A stretch of 64,000 nucleotides of DNA, taken from contig CATNEN010000029.1 of NCBI GenBank assembly GCA_950097015.1, forward strand, positions 5,456,001 to 5,520,000. The letters run 5' to 3'. The notes under the pieces were generated by a model. It was not told the origin of the DNA. It saw nothing but the letters and a program-made list of their open reading frames with translations, and did not search any database. Positions 23,663 to 37,257 of the stretch are shown in pieces. A program made the translations under genes and the position numbers. Numbering within the stretch: position 1 is the stretch's first letter; each line of letters begins with the position of its first letter. Source of the stretch: Macrostomum hystrix (Eukaryota > Animalia > Platyhelminthes).

Positions 23663-26342
23663 TGCTGACACAGACAGACTTGACACCAGCCATGCTGACA
23701 CAGACTGACTCTGACACCAGCCATGCTGACACAGACTGACTCTGACACCAGCCATGCTGACACAGACTGACTCTGACACCAGCCATGCTGACACAGACTG
23801 ACTCTGACACCAGCCATGCTGACACAGACTGACTCTGACACCAGCCATGCTGACACAGACTGACTCTGACACCAGCCATGCTGACACAGACTGACTCTGA
23901 CACCAGCCATGCTCACACAGACAGACTTGACACCAGCCATGCTGACACAGACAGACTTGACACCAGCCATGCTGACACAGACTGACTTGACACCAGCCAT
24001 GCTGACACAGACAGACTTGACACCAGCCATGCTGACACAGACAGACTCTGACACCAGCCATGCTGACACAGACAGACTCTGACACCAGCCATGCTCACAC
24101 AGACAGACTTGACACCAGCCATGCTGACACAGACAGACTTGACACCAGCCATGCTGACACAGACTGACTCTGACACCAGCCATGCTCACACAGACAGACT
24201 TGACACCAGCCATGCTGACACAGACAGACTTGACACCAGCCATGCTGACACAGACTGACTCTGACACCAGCCATGCTGACACAGACTGACTCTGACACCA
24301 GCCATGCTGACACAGACTGACTCTGACACCAGCCATGCTGACACAGACTGACTCTGATTCCAGCCATGCTGACACAGACAGACTTGACACCAGCCATGCT
24401 GACACAGACAGACTCTGACACCAGCCATGCTGACACAGACTGACTCTGACACCAGCCATGCTCACACAGACAGACTTGACACCAGCCATGCTGACACAGA
24501 CAGACTTGACACCAGCCATGCTGACACAGACTGACTCTGACACCAGCCATGCTGACACAGACTGACTCTGACACCAGCCATGCTGACACAGACTGACTCT
24601 GACACCAGCCATGCTGACACAGACTGACTCTGACACCAGCCATGCTGACACAGACAGACTTGACACCAGCCATGCTGACACAGACAGACTCTGACACCAG
24701 CCATGCTGACACAGACTGACTCTGACACCAGCCATGCTGACACAGACTGACTCTGACACCAGCCATGCTGACACAGACTAACTCTGACACCAGCCATGCT
24801 GACACAGACAGACTCTGACACCAGCCATGCTGACACAGACAGACTCTGACACCAGCCATGCTGACACAGACTGACTCTGACACCAGCCATGCTGACACAG
24901 ACAGACTCTGACACCAGCCATGCTGACACAGACAGACTTGACACCAGCCATGCTGACACAGACTGACTCTGACACCAGCCATGCTCACACAGACAGACTC
25001 TGACACCAGCCATGCTGACACAGACAGACTTGACACCAGCCATGCTGACACAGACAGACTTGACACCAGCCATGCTGACACAGACAGACTTGACACCAGC
25101 CATGCTGACACAGACAGACTCTGACACCAGCCATGCTGACACAGACAGACTCTGACACCAGCCATGCTGACACAGACTGACTCTGACACCAGCCATGCTC
25201 ACACAGACAGACTTGACACCAGCCATGCTGACACAGACAGACTTGACACCAGCCATGCTGACACAGACTGACTCTGACACCAGCCATGCTGACACAGACT
25301 GACTCTGACACCAGCCATGCTGACACAGACTGACTCTGACACCAGCCATGCTGACACAGACAGACTCTGACACCAGCCATGCTGACACAGACTGACTCTG
25401 ACACCAGCCATGCTCACACAGACAGACTTGACACCAGCCATGCTGACACAGACAGACTTGACACCAGCCATGCTGACACAGACAGACTCTGACACCAGCC
25501 ATGCTGACACAGACTGACTCTGACACCAGCCATGCTGACACAGACTAACTCTGACACCAGCCATGCTGACACAGACAGACTCTGACACCAGCCATGCTGA
25601 CACAGACAGACTCTGACACCAGCCATGCTGACACAGACAGACTCTGACACCAGCCATGCTGACACAGACTGACTCTGACACCAGCCATGCTGACACAGAC
25701 AGACTTGACACCAGCCATGCTGACACAGACTGACTCTGACACCAGCCATGCTGACACAGACTGACTCTGACACCAGCCATGCTGACACAGACTGACTCTG
25801 ACACCAGCCATGCTGACACAGACTGACTCTGATTCCAGCCATGCTGACACAGACTGACTCTGACACCAGCCATGCTGACACAGACAGACTCTGACACCAG
25901 CCATGCTGACACAGACAGACTTGACACCAGCCATGCTGACACAGACAGACTTGACACCAGCCATGCTGACACAGACAGACTCTGACACCAGCCATGCTGA
26001 CACAGACAGACTTGACACCAGCCATGCTGACACAGACAGACTTGACACCAGCCATGCTGACACAGACTGACTCTGACACCAGCCATGCTGACACAGACTG
26101 ACTCTGACACCAGCCATGCTGACACAGACAGACTTGACACCAGCCATGCTGACACAGACAGACTTGACACCAGCCATGCTGACACAGACTGACTCTGACA
26201 CCAGTCATGCTGACACAGACTGACTCTGACACCAGCCATGCTGACACAGACAGACTTGACACCAGCCATGCTGACACAGACTGACTCTGAGACCAGCCAT
26301 GCTGACACAGACTGACTCTGACACAAGCCATGCTGACACAGA
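23663..26342. repeat. About 2.7 kb array of mixed 31/30-bp units (gacaccagccatgctgacacagac[t/a]gact[ct/t])
   Basis: Tandem units visible; source of all the SESVCVSMAG-type ORFs. Confidence 0.97.
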
Positions 26343-27202
26343 AATATTTTAGGCAATATCTCTTGCAGTGTTTTCTTGAGTTCAAAATGGTCATTAAATG
26401 TTCAAGTTCTGCTCAGAGTCATGTGTGTAATTCGCAAATATAGTGGCAGTCCCAAATTTAAACAAAAAAGAAACGGACATTGATTAAACACAAAATGCCA
26501 AAACAATTGTTTGTGGTTCGATTCGCATAGCCAGTTGAAAATAAGCCAACAGCCACTATTCCATGCCGGTTTTACAGTAGATAATTCTAGAATAAAACGC
26601 AATATTGAAATGAATCATGCCAGCAGGGATCCGTTTTCTGATTTAAAATTAATATTTTAAAAGCAGGGTTTTTTCTGATGGAGACGCAGAGACAAGGAGA
26701 GAGAGAAGCCAAGGCTATATGCTATCACGAAAAAAACTGATTTTAGTGAATAACTGTACAGCAAGAATGGGCGCTTAAAACAGCCGCTTGCAACAACATC
26801 CGCTCAGCTGTTTGCTGTTATAGCACTTTGGAATAAATATAGCTGTGCAGGCATTTGCTCAGAGCAAATAAACAGCTGGGTAGTGGCCCGTTGTTGTATG
26901 GTAATAATCCGTTTTAAAATCACTAAAATTGAGCTTCAATGCTAACAGCTTTTAAGGCAAAATTTTCAGAATTTTTGCTTTTAGAGACGACGAAAACGTC
27001 AAGGTAGATGTGCACAGCTGTCTAATGCCTATCCGAGATATGCGTGCGTGTGTTCTCAGGATTTGAGACCAAATGAATCTCTCGTACCAAGGTTATCAAG
27101 GTTACACAGTTAGAGTGTACAGCATGACGATAGGAAAGCCAGCTAAGCCTTCACCATTCAATAAGATTCGTAGGAAAACAAGCGATCATGTTGACAGCTG
27201 GG

Positions 27203-29776
27203 CTAGGCTATGTTGCTCCTCAGCCTAGCGTTGATCTCCTTCTCCTGTTTAAGCGCGCTGCCAGCGTGCAGTTTGTAGGCCGCGAATTCCTGCCTGAGGT
27301 CCGCCAGCGCCCGCCTGTGCCAATCTAAATCCGAGCGCAGCTTCCTGACTGCGGCGTCCGAGCTGACGGCCTCCGTCTCGCGGTTGTATCGCTCTTGAAG
27401 CTCGCGTAGGCGCTTCTCGGCGGCCTCCTGACGCTCGCGAGCCGCTCGGAGTTCGCGCTGTTTCTCTTCGCAAAGTCGGCCCCGCTCCATGGCCAGAGAC
27501 AGCATGGCGTCCTTCTCTCTGCGGATTGGACGGCCTTTATGATAAACTGGGGTGTCCGAGATAAACTGGGGTGTCCGAGATAAACTGGGGTGTCCGAGAT
27601 AAACTGGGGTGTCCGAGATAAACTGGGGTGTCCGAGATAAACTGGGGTGTCCGAGATAAACTGGGGTGTCCGAGATAAACTGGGGTGTCCGAGATAAACT
27701 GGGGTGTCCGAGATAAACTGGGGTGTCCGAGATAAACTGGGGTGTCCGAGATAAACTGGGGTGTCCGAGATAAATTGGGGTGTCTGAGATAAACTGGGGT
27801 GTCCGAGATAAACTGGGGTGTCCGAGATAAACTGGGGTGTCCGAGATAAACTGGGGTGTCCGAGATAAACTGGGGTGTCTGAGATAAACTGGGGTGTCCG
27901 AGATAAACTGGGGTGTCCGAGATAAACTGGGGTGTCCGAGATAAACTGGGGTGTCCGAGATAAACTGGGGTGTCTGAGATAAACTGGGGTGTCCGAGATA
28001 AACTGGGGTGTCCGAGATAAACTGGGGTGTCCGAGATAAATTGGGGTGTCTGAGATAAACTGGGGTGTCCGAGATAAACTGGGGTGTCCGAGATAAATTG
28101 GGGTGTCTGAGATAAACTGGGGTGTCCGAGATAAACTGGGGTGTCCGAGATAAAATTGGCGTGTCCGAGATAGACTGGCGTGTTAGAGATAGACTGGCGT
28201 GTCCGATGTTCACTCAGGTGTCCGAGGTGTACTCGGGTGTCCGAGGTGTACTCGGGTGTCCGAGGTGTACTCGGGTGTCCGAGGTGTACTCGGGTGTTCG
28301 AGGTGTACTCTGGTGTCCGAGGTGTACTCGGGTGTCCGAGGTGTACTCGGGTGTTCGAGGTGTACTCGGGTGTCCGAGGTGTACTCGGGTGTCCGAGGTG
28401 TACTCGGGTGTCCGAGGTGTACTCGGGTGTCCGAGGTGTACTCGGGTGTCCGAGGTGTACTCGGGTGTCCGAGGTGTACTCGGGTGTCCGAGGTGTACTC
28501 GGGTGTCCGAGGTGTACTCGGGTGTCCGAGGTGTACTCGGGTGCTCACTTGGTCAACTCCGCGGTCTTCGCCCTTCCAGACTCGCCCTCCGCGTCGGCCG
28601 CGGCCCGCAGCTCGGCCAGCTGGGCGTCCCGCGCCATGACCGCCGCCTGCGCTGCGGCGGCCTCCGACTCCAGCCGCTCGGCTCTGGCCGACAGCTCGGC
28701 AAGTCGCGCATTCAATCGCTCCGTGGTCTGGTTGGCCTCCTGGCGTGTCTCCAGCAGCTGCCGCTCGGCTGCGGTCAACCGGTCAGTCAGCTTGGCCGTC
28801 TCAGCGTCGCGCTCCCTCAATCGGGCGGCCACCAGCGTCTCGAAATGGTCGCGCAGCTTGGTGTTTTCCTGGCGGAGCGGGTGTGCGGGTCCCTTTTACT
28901 TGTGACGTGTTAACCGGTGAGTGACTGTGTGTTACCGGTGAGTGACTGCGTGTATTACCGGTGAGTGACTGTGTGTATTACCGGTGAGTGACTGCGTGTA
29001 TTACCGGTGAGTGACTGTGTTAGTTACTGGTGAGTGACAGTGTGTGTTACCGGTGAGTGACAGTGTCTGTTACCGGTGAGTGACTGTGTATGTTACCTGT
29101 GAGGGACTGTGTTTATTACCGGTGAGTGACTGTGTGTATTACCGGTGAGTGACTGTGTGTATCACCGGTGAGTGACAGTGTGTGTTACCGGTGAGTGACA
29201 GTGTATGTTACCGGTGAGTGACTGTGTATGTTATTTGTGAGTGACAGTGTGTGTTACCGGTGAGTGACAGTGTATGATACCGGTGAGTGACTGAGTGAGT
29301 GACTCCTATAAGTGAGTGTTCTATTGCGTGTGACTTCAGGGACACACCTTCTGCAGCCAGTCCTTCTGCTGCTTGTGCTCGTTGTTGAATCGAATCAGTT
29401 GCTCGTGGTTTGAGCTGAGCGTCTCGAATTGCTCCTCGAGCACGCGGAACCGATTCAGCTCCCGCTCCAGCCTTTGCTCGGCCTCCGTGCGCGCCTCCTC
29501 CAGCTCCTTGTTGAGCCGCTCCTGAGTCTGCGCCCTGACCAGGTTCTCGTCTGAGCGCTGCTTCAGCATCATGATGAGGTGCGACTGGTCCTCTACACGC
29601 GATCTGAGCAGGCCTAACTCGGACTTGTCCTCCGGTTCCAGATTGCGCAGCCGGCCCAGCCGCTGCTGCAGCTGATCGTCTGGCTGCGTCGGCGCGTCCT
29701 GCGAGGCGTGCGACGCCAGGCCAGCGAGATCAGCGACGTCCAGCTGCGAGTGCTGCTGCTGATTCTGATGCGACAT
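27203..29776 (-). CDS. CCDC89: Coiled-coil domain-containing protein 89, about 354 aa; exons complement(29348..29776, 28549..28868, 27203..27518)
   Basis: LRNLEPEDKSELGLLRSRVEDQSHLIMMLKQRSDE...LEEQFETLSSNHEQLIRF and KDAMLSLAMERG...FAAYKLHAGSALKQEKEINARLR match CCDC89 motifs ([29 protein letters not shown]). Splice phases 0 and 2 are consistent. Confidence 0.88.
27544..28543. repeat. Two adjacent 19-bp arrays sharing a gggtgtccgag core (ctggggtgtccgagataaa, 27544-~28160; cgggtgtccgaggtgtact, ~28215-28543), CCDC89 intron 2
   Basis: Tandem units, with transitional units between the two arrays. Confidence 0.96.
28908..29300. repeat. Degenerate 21-25 bp array (ttaccggtgagtgactgtgtg), CCDC89 intron 1
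   Basis: Recurrent accggtgagtgac core. Confidence 0.93.
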
Positions 29777-29849
29777 TCTATGCCAACTGGGTGGTCCTCA
29801 ATTTACTCCCCACTATCTACTGCTTGCAGTTTCTTGTCACTCCTAGCGA

Positions 29850-30480
29850 TCTCTAGTCACTCTTAGTTACTTCTAGTTACTTCTTGATACTTCTGGTCAC
29901 TCCTAGATACTTCAAGTCACTCCTAGATACTTCTAGTCACTCCTTTATACTTCTAGTCACTCCTTTATACTTCTAGTCACTGCTTTATACTTCTAGTCAC
30001 TGCTTTATACTTCTAGTCACTCCTTTATACTTCTAGTCACTCCTTTATACTTCTAGTCACTCCTTTATACTTCTAGTCACTCCTTTATACTTCTAGTCAC
30101 TCCTTTATACTTCTAGTCACTCCTTTATACTTCTAGTCACTCCTTTATACTTCTAGTCACTGCTTTATACTTCAAGTCACTCTTAGTTACTTCAAGTCAC
30201 TCCTATATAATTCTAGTCCCTCTTAGATCCTTCTAGTCACTCCTAGATACTTCTAGTCACTCCTAGATACTTCTAGTCACTCCTAGATACTTCTAGTCAC
30301 TCCTAGATACTTCTAGTCACTCCTAGATACTTCTAGTCACTCCTAGATACTTCTAGTCACTCCTAGATACTTCTAGTCACTCCTAGATACTTCTAGTCAC
30401 TCCTAGTTACTTCTAGTCACTCCTAGTTAATTCTAGTCACTCCTAGATACTTCTAGTCACTCCTAGATACTTCTAGTTAC
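29850..30480. repeat. 20-bp array (tcctagatacttctagtcac / tcctttatacttctagtcac), probably in a 5'-UTR intron of CCDC89
   Basis: Tandem units; a minus-strand donor-like GTAACT sits at the array edge (30480) and a GCAG acceptor at about 29820. Confidence 0.92.
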
Positions 30481-31531
30481 TCTGTTTAAAAAATCGTTCG
30501 CACAGGTGCTTTGAATGCGAACAGAAGTGATATTTTCAACGTTTCCAAAGTGATTTAGTGAGCAATCGCGCCTGATCAGCTTGTTAGTGACTGTGACAGG
30601 GTTGATCCGACTTATGGCCTCAGGTGTGCTGAAATTATTTTGTTAATTTAGCACACAGTTAAACGATATAAAAAATGAGCCAAGCTTTCAGGCGTGAAAG
30701 ACGGAAATAAAATAAATAATTTTAAGTGACATAACAAAAAAAGAGTTAGTGAGCGACAGTAATAGATTTCTTATTAAATATTAAATTATTGATGTATGAT
30801 TAATCATCGTGGAATAATACACTTAAAGTGACGAAGATTAGTTACTGTTTATAAAGGAAATCGTACACATCAGTAGAAGGTACACAGCTTGTCTTACCTT
30901 TGTTAAAAATATTCATCAGGCCCTCTAAAAAACTCCTTATTAGCATTTTTCATAATTTAATACAGATGAAGCTGTTTTCCTTTCGCACTACTAGAAGTAG
31001 AAAAATAAGTAGACAAAAAGAACAATTTTTCATAAAAGTGAATGAATCTCTAAAAGAAGCTATAGCTGATCAGTTTATATTTTTCTTGCAAAGTGTCACA
31101 TTTTTTTCTCCGGTAAAGGTGACAGAAGAATAACAAAAATGGAAAATCTCAATGCTTTGAAGTAAGTGAAGTAATGAAAAAATTGTATTTACATAAAAAG
31201 GCAGCTAACACTATTTAGAGTTATCAGCACATGAAACTAGAACCCTGTGAATAATAAAGCTATCCAATGCATTGGGTAAATTGTCATACTTTCTCGAACA
31301 AAAATATATTTAATATCATGTCAGAATCGTTAAAAAGTAAGATAATAGGATGTAGAGGTGAGATGAGAGGAGAGATGAGATTAAAGAGCTAAACTAGTAG
31401 ATTAATCAATTAGGAATTGTAGAGTGGTCATTGTTATTTTAAGCTTTGCACACTGGGCAGAAAGGTCTAGGACAAAAAATCGAAAGAAAAATATTAACAC
31501 TGCCAATAAATCTGCAGTCCTGTTGGCGATG

Positions 31532-34500
31532 TCACTTGGCTTTGCCACCGCTGCCGAACCTGCTGCCACTAGTGTTCGCTTCTCCCATCGAGTATCTGCA
31601 ATGGTGGGTAATTACGAGATGTCTTGAAGACTCCTACCTGCTGCAAATCTAATCTGATCTCACACATGAGTTCTTATCTGATCTCACACATGAGTTCTTA
31701 TCTGATCTCACACATGAGTTCTTATCTGATCTCACACATGAGTTCTTATCTGATCTCACCTGTGAATTCCAATCTGATCTCACCTGTGGATTCTATTTGT
31801 ATCTACCCCGTTATTTTTTGTCTCATGTCACTTGAGAATCATTAATCTTATCTCACCTGTCAAAAACATATCAAATTTCGATTGAGAAAATCCCAGCAAG
31901 TTACATGCTATATACAAAACATTTATCCAAAAATAAATTCTTAAACAACGAGTCATTATTTTAGGGCCGAGCTGTTCAGTATAGGGCTCGATGTGGACAA
32001 CTGATTTTACAAGCAGTTCTCATGCAACCATTCTCAAATGTGAATTAAAACCATCATGTCCGATACGTGTGGCAGGTGCCAATAATAACTATCAACAATG
32101 TGACGTCGCATTTTAGGGCAAACCTGGACTTAAAGACGAATAAAAAAATACATGAAATGCAAGCAGCAAATGCCTTGATTTTCAAGCGAGTTGTGACATT
32201 TTTACAAGACGGAAGTCGTAGAGCTTAGAACTCGAAATGGAGCTTGGAAGTGTTATTAGAAAAGGTACCTTATACTCGTAGCTCGTATTATTAACTTCTT
32301 AAAATGGCTAACAACCATATTTTACTGTGACAATTGTCTGCTGACTGCTGACAATGGCCAGCTGAATCTATTGTCTTTTGTAATTTTGCCGCGAACAGAT
32401 ATCGCTCGCAGGTCTTTGTGTTTAATAAAACATGGGACAAAGACAGACCAAAATATTCAAAGAGAATCTTGAAAGTGGAGATAGCTTAACGAAAGCTCTT
32501 TGAGAATCGGGTCCGACTGAGGAAATTAATTTACATTAATCCAGCGATTTCTCGTCGAGTGGCGAGAGCACGGTCGAAGTTGCAGACTGAAAAAAAATTG
32601 AATACGATGCTGCGAGCAACCATTTTTCCTGGGCATTCTGCGAATAATTATCCTCCTAGAAGATGTTACTAAAGTCCATTTGATGCCTCTGAAATACGAG
32701 CTACTCCCTTACCGCGAGCTGCCATCCTTGCTGCTTCCGCCGCCGCCGTTGGCGCCACCTTTTGACTTGGTCGCAGGCGCGGGCACCGAGGGAATAACGC
32801 CTTGCACTTTGTAATAGTCCAGGAACGTGCGAGCCAGATTGCGACCCAGTTTTGCGTCTGGAAACAAAATTTAACAGCCAAGTTTTGCATCGAGTTGAAC
32901 GTAAAGACCAGGTTAAATATAACTTCTGACTTTAGAGAACGCGCATGCGATTAAGAGTATCTTCGCAGAGTATGCATCAAAAGTACGCTCGCTTTCTTGA
33001 GTATGCACCGTTTCTAAAGAACGCACGTACGAGTACCTAAGTACGCACGTACCTGAGTACGCACGCACCTAAAGTACGCAAGTACCTAAGTATGCACGTA
33101 CCTAAGTATGCACGTACCTAAGTACGCACGTACCTAAGTACGCAAGTACCTGAGTAAACACGAACCGGAGTACTCATGGACCAGATAATAATGTGCCTTA
33201 CTTTCTAGAGAACGCAATTTTAAAGATTTGTAACCAAAGAACTAGTTTTCATGACCCAAGCAAATTGACTAAATAAGCTTAAAAGAGTTCACCACAACAA
33301 CTCACAGCCTTCCTCTGTGTAGGGCAGAGTGCCCCCGGAGCTGCTGGCCATGTAGCTGAAGAAAGACACTTCGAGTGTGTAGCAGAGCACGGAGTCGTCG
33401 AAGATGCCAACCAGGGCCCTGGTGTTTGAGTGGATCACAATCGACAATACCAGAACGTAGCGCATTAAAAAGCGTATTAAAAAGCAGGTAACCTACACCC
33501 AGGCCATGTGCTCATGTTGTGATTCAATGGCTCCCGTGGCCTTCTCACCTTCGCCCAGTTCCGGCCTTCACTGCGTCCCGATTAAAGTTGGTATTGGTGA
33601 GGCTGAAGTCCTCCGCATTCTGTTGGAACAGTTTTGGAAAGATGTTCTGCCTCTCTTGCTTGTCTGGATCGTCAAAGATGTTGCCGTACATGAAGCCGTT
33701 CATGAGGGTGCTGTGCGCATGAAGGTCACAGAAGAAGTCGATGTCGTAGTCCTATGTGGCAGCAAAGAGTTTTTCATCGAAGCTGTGAGGTCTATTTAAT
33801 GAGCCATCGATTATTTTGCACGCAAATGATGAGTGCGCCTATGTTACCTTGCCATTGTACATGTCAATCATGACCTTTTTGCAGGCGTAGATGGTGGGAT
33901 GGGCCCAAGGCGACGGCTCCTGCCAGTGACGGTTCAGGTCGAAGCCCATCAGGGAACAGCTGAAGTTTCGAGAAGCTAATTGACATGTAGGAAAGGAACC
34001 AGGTAAAATGGGGAAAGGAACCAGGTAAAATGGGGAAAGGAACCAGGTAAAATGGGGAAAGGAACCAGGTAAAATGGGGAAAGGAACCAGGTAAAATGGG
34101 GAAAGGAACCAAGTAAAATGGGGAAAGGAACCAGGTAAAATGGGGAAAGGAACCAAGTAAAATGGGGAAAGGAACCAGGTAAAATGGGGAAAGGAACCAA
34201 GTAAAATGGGGAAAGGAACCAAGTAAAATGGGGAAAGGAACCAAGTAAAATGGGGAAAGGAACCAGGTAAAATGGGGAAAGGAACCAGGTAAAATGGGGA
34301 AAGGAACCAGGTAAAATGGGGAAAGGAACCAGGTAAAATGGGGAAAGGAACCAGGTAAAAATTGGGAAAGGAACCAGGTAAAAATTGGGAAAGACACCAG
34401 GTAAAAATAGGGAAAGGAACCAGGTAAAATGGGGAAAGGAACCAGGTAAAAACTGGGAAAGGAACCAGGTAAAAATGGGGAAAGGAGCCTGTAAGAAACT

Positions 34501-35896
34501 GGAAGTGGAACTGGGAAACGTAAAAAATCAGGAAAGAAACTATGAAAGTAACCAGTGAATCAAGTCGGGTAAGAAGCTTGAAGAGTGTTTCAGAACCTGA
34601 TTAAGCACGGGAATTGTGACTATACGGTTAATAGTTAACCCGCACCGGTAGTTTCCCAGGTAGACACCGTCCGGGTTGAGCATGGGGATAATCTTGAACA
34701 CAAGGTAGTCGCGCAGCTGCTTGGCGATGGGATGCGAGCTGACCAGGAAGTCGATGAGGCCCTGGCACACGAAGGAGGCCGGAGTCTCGCCCGGGTGAAC
34801 CCGAGCGGTGATGAAGACCACCCGCTTCTGGGCCTCATCCGTGAGGTTGTCCGGATGGCTAATGGTGAGCAGGTCAAGCCGCCTCTGCTGCACGCTGAGT
34901 CCCAGCAGGCCCCGCTGTACATAATCGAGGCCCTTTCGCTCGATGCTATCCAAATAGGCCTGCAGGCGAGTATAGGTGTACGGATAACAATACGCGAACT
35001 GATAAACGTCGTCCTCTTTGTCGAAGCAGAAAGCGAAGCTCAATACATAGTTCTTGCGGTGCTCAGGGCAGCGGTAATAGTACACGTGCTTCGGGGGTAT
35101 CCGAACCCTGCAACGGTTTTTTCATACAGAGCTTTATTAATCAAAAGGAAGTGGGGGAGGCTGACTGGAGAATACTGTACTAAACATCATCTGTGTCTTT
35201 GGTACCGAAGTTCCAACCGCCCCATGCTGAACTATCAATTCACATTCTCTGCTGCGTAGAGCTCCATGGTTTTTACATCGGCAAAGCCGAACGGAAAGCT
35301 TGTGTGACCACTGTACTAAATGTGAAAGCCGGACACGATTTTAAAATTATCGACTGGATGCCATGAATGACTATTTATTCATTTGCAAACAATCCAAAAC
35401 TTGTAGTCCCGACCAAAAACCTGTCCTATCCGAGCAGTGCTTTGAACTAGCCGAAAACTCACCACTTTGGCCGGCTGGTAGACTTAACAACCGGGGTCAT
35501 TCCCTCCCTGTAGAGCGACTTGGTCTTACTGAAGTTCACAATTGTGAAAATCACTCTCTGAAATTGAATGCGTTAATTCATTGGTGGTAGATAAACGCCA
35601 AGTTACTCGCTTAGACTAAGTTAACAAGGGCCAAGTTACCTGATCCGCCTTGACATTTTCCACGGAGAAGTGGAACCACACCCGGTAGCGCTGGTTGCAG
35701 GTGTCTGGCCGGATGAACAGGTCGTATTCGAACTCGCTGATGTAGTCCACGCGACCGAGATTGCCGCCCTCGAAGCAGGCATCGAATATCAGGTGGCCCT
35801 TCTTCGGCTTGCCGGTGTAAGTTGGCGGTGTTACACAGAACTTGCTGACGTTGCCAACCATGCCCTCTTCGTTGGCCTCTTCATCACTATTGCCTG
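31532..35896 (-). CDS. AGBL4: Cytosolic carboxypeptidase 6 (AGBL4/CCP6, tubulin deglutamylase); exons complement(35640..35896, 35463..35557, 34646..35107, 33848..33959, 33549..33751, 33306..33418, 32713..32857, tentative 31532..31595); read-through of the last donor stops at 32709; first exon/ATG not identified with certainty (in-frame ATG at 35861)
   Basis: KKGHLIFDACFEGGNLGRVD, VNFSKTKSLYREGM, YYYRCPEHRKNYVLSFAF, ARVHPGETPASF, PMLNPDGVYLGNYR|CSLMGFDLNRHW, DLHAHSTLMNGFMYGN, CYTLEVSFFSY and KLGRNLARTFLDYY all match AGBL4. Splice phases are consistent. Confidence 0.93.
31648..31810. repeat. 24-bp array (tctgatctcacacatgagttctta), about 6 copies decaying rightwards
   Basis: Tandem units visible. 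Confidence 0.9.
33020..33165. repeat. Degenerate 16-bp array (gtacctaagtacgcac), AGBL4 intron
   Basis: Tandem units visible. Confidence 0.85.
33990..34490. repeat. 22-bp purine-rich array (ggaaccaggtaaaatggggaaa), AGBL4 intron
   Basis: About 22 tandem units; source of the FPILPGSFPHFTW ORFs. Confidence 0.96.
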
Positions 35897-37257
35897 CTGA
35901 GTTTCAGAAAGTTTTAAGTTCATTTTACTTTGATTATATATTATTTTATAAAAAATCTTAAGTCAAAAGCACTTAAATAAAAAGTTTTAGCAACAGTAAA
36001 AAGAAAGTTGCAAGTTGTTCAACGAAAATGTATGTATAAATTACAAGCATATTTTCTCAAGTAAGTTATATATAATTATATTTATTTTTATGAGCTAGAT
36101 GCATTATATTAGGAAAGCACAATATTTGTACTATTGTATGATTGTCTATAGCACATGTAGGACAAATTACGTTTTTGATAATTATCAGTTAAAAATGGAT
36201 AATGAAATAAACTATTTTAACGGTAGAACTATCGAGGGGTGTTTCTCCCTCATGGTATAAAAACGGGCGGCAAAATGGCAAGTAGTCCTACTGTTAATAT
36301 ACAAAACAATAAAATGAAGCTGCCTTACCAAAATGAGAACAGGAGTTTTTTTGTGATAATATATCGTTTGTATTTTTGTTCCTGAACAGCATAACTAATG
36401 AAATGCTTTCCAATTATGAGTCCAAAGTATTGCAATAACAATAGTAAAAAGACAATTTGGTTGTACTTAATGTACAGCGGGTTAACAAGGAAATTTGATA
36501 AAATAATTTTTTTAATGTCAAATATAAAACAATATCGAAAAATTATTCAAACTACTGTACACGATTCCGACGGACAATTCCTAAATCGTATTTGTTTTCC
36601 TAATCCCAATCCTAAATCCTAAATTTGTTTCGAAATAAATAGTAAAGTGCTCGGCCTGGATAGGGTTTGGTCATGATTAACATAAAGTAAGCACCACTAA
36701 ATATGTCTAATAACAAAAATTTGTATTTTTAATTATGCGCAGGATATGTAAGTATAGATGCGGTGGCTTCTCAAATTACAGTTAGTCACCATTTTTTCTT
36801 GGTAGTAGTTACTTATAAGTACATACGAGCGTATTATAAGTCTTTCCGATAGGAAGAACTTATTAGTTTGACAAGTTAAGCCTTTTATTGTTAAGCTGAT
36901 ACATTTTTGTCTTCCCTGACATTACCTGAATCAATTTGGTTAAAGTCATTTGCAACTGAAGCTTGCTGCTCAAAAGCCATGATTTATTCAAGTCTTTACA
37001 AGGCCTGGATAAAAGTGGAAGAAAATCCTATGTTGAATAGGCAGTTAAATACTGCTGATACAAATCTTAAAAGTTGTTTATTTTTTCCTGTTGGCATAAT
37101 TAACATACACGCTTGTATTTATCGGATATATTGGTTTCTAGTCTAAAATTTTTGTTAGAAGGCAAGATAATTTGTTAAAACAATATAAAACCCACGGTAT
37201 TATGAAGTCCGGAATTTCCTTTATGTAAACGCTTAATGTAAACCGTTCAGTGGATAA

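Noticed and set aside
23625-26394. Many Cys/Trp-rich ORFs of up to 385 aa
   Set aside because: Translations of the 30/31-bp array that switch frame with each unit-length change.
27203-28213. 336-aa ORF joining the 19-bp array to CCDC89 exon 3
   Set aside because: Only the part below 27518 is coding. The intron is 1030 nt (not 3n) and has TGA at the donor, so retention is not productive.
36329-36381. 53-nt candidate upstream AGBL4 exon (CAG...TTG|GTAAGG)
   Set aside because: It is open in the required phase, but I found no compatible upstream ATG exon and the composition is AT-rich like intron; left unassigned.
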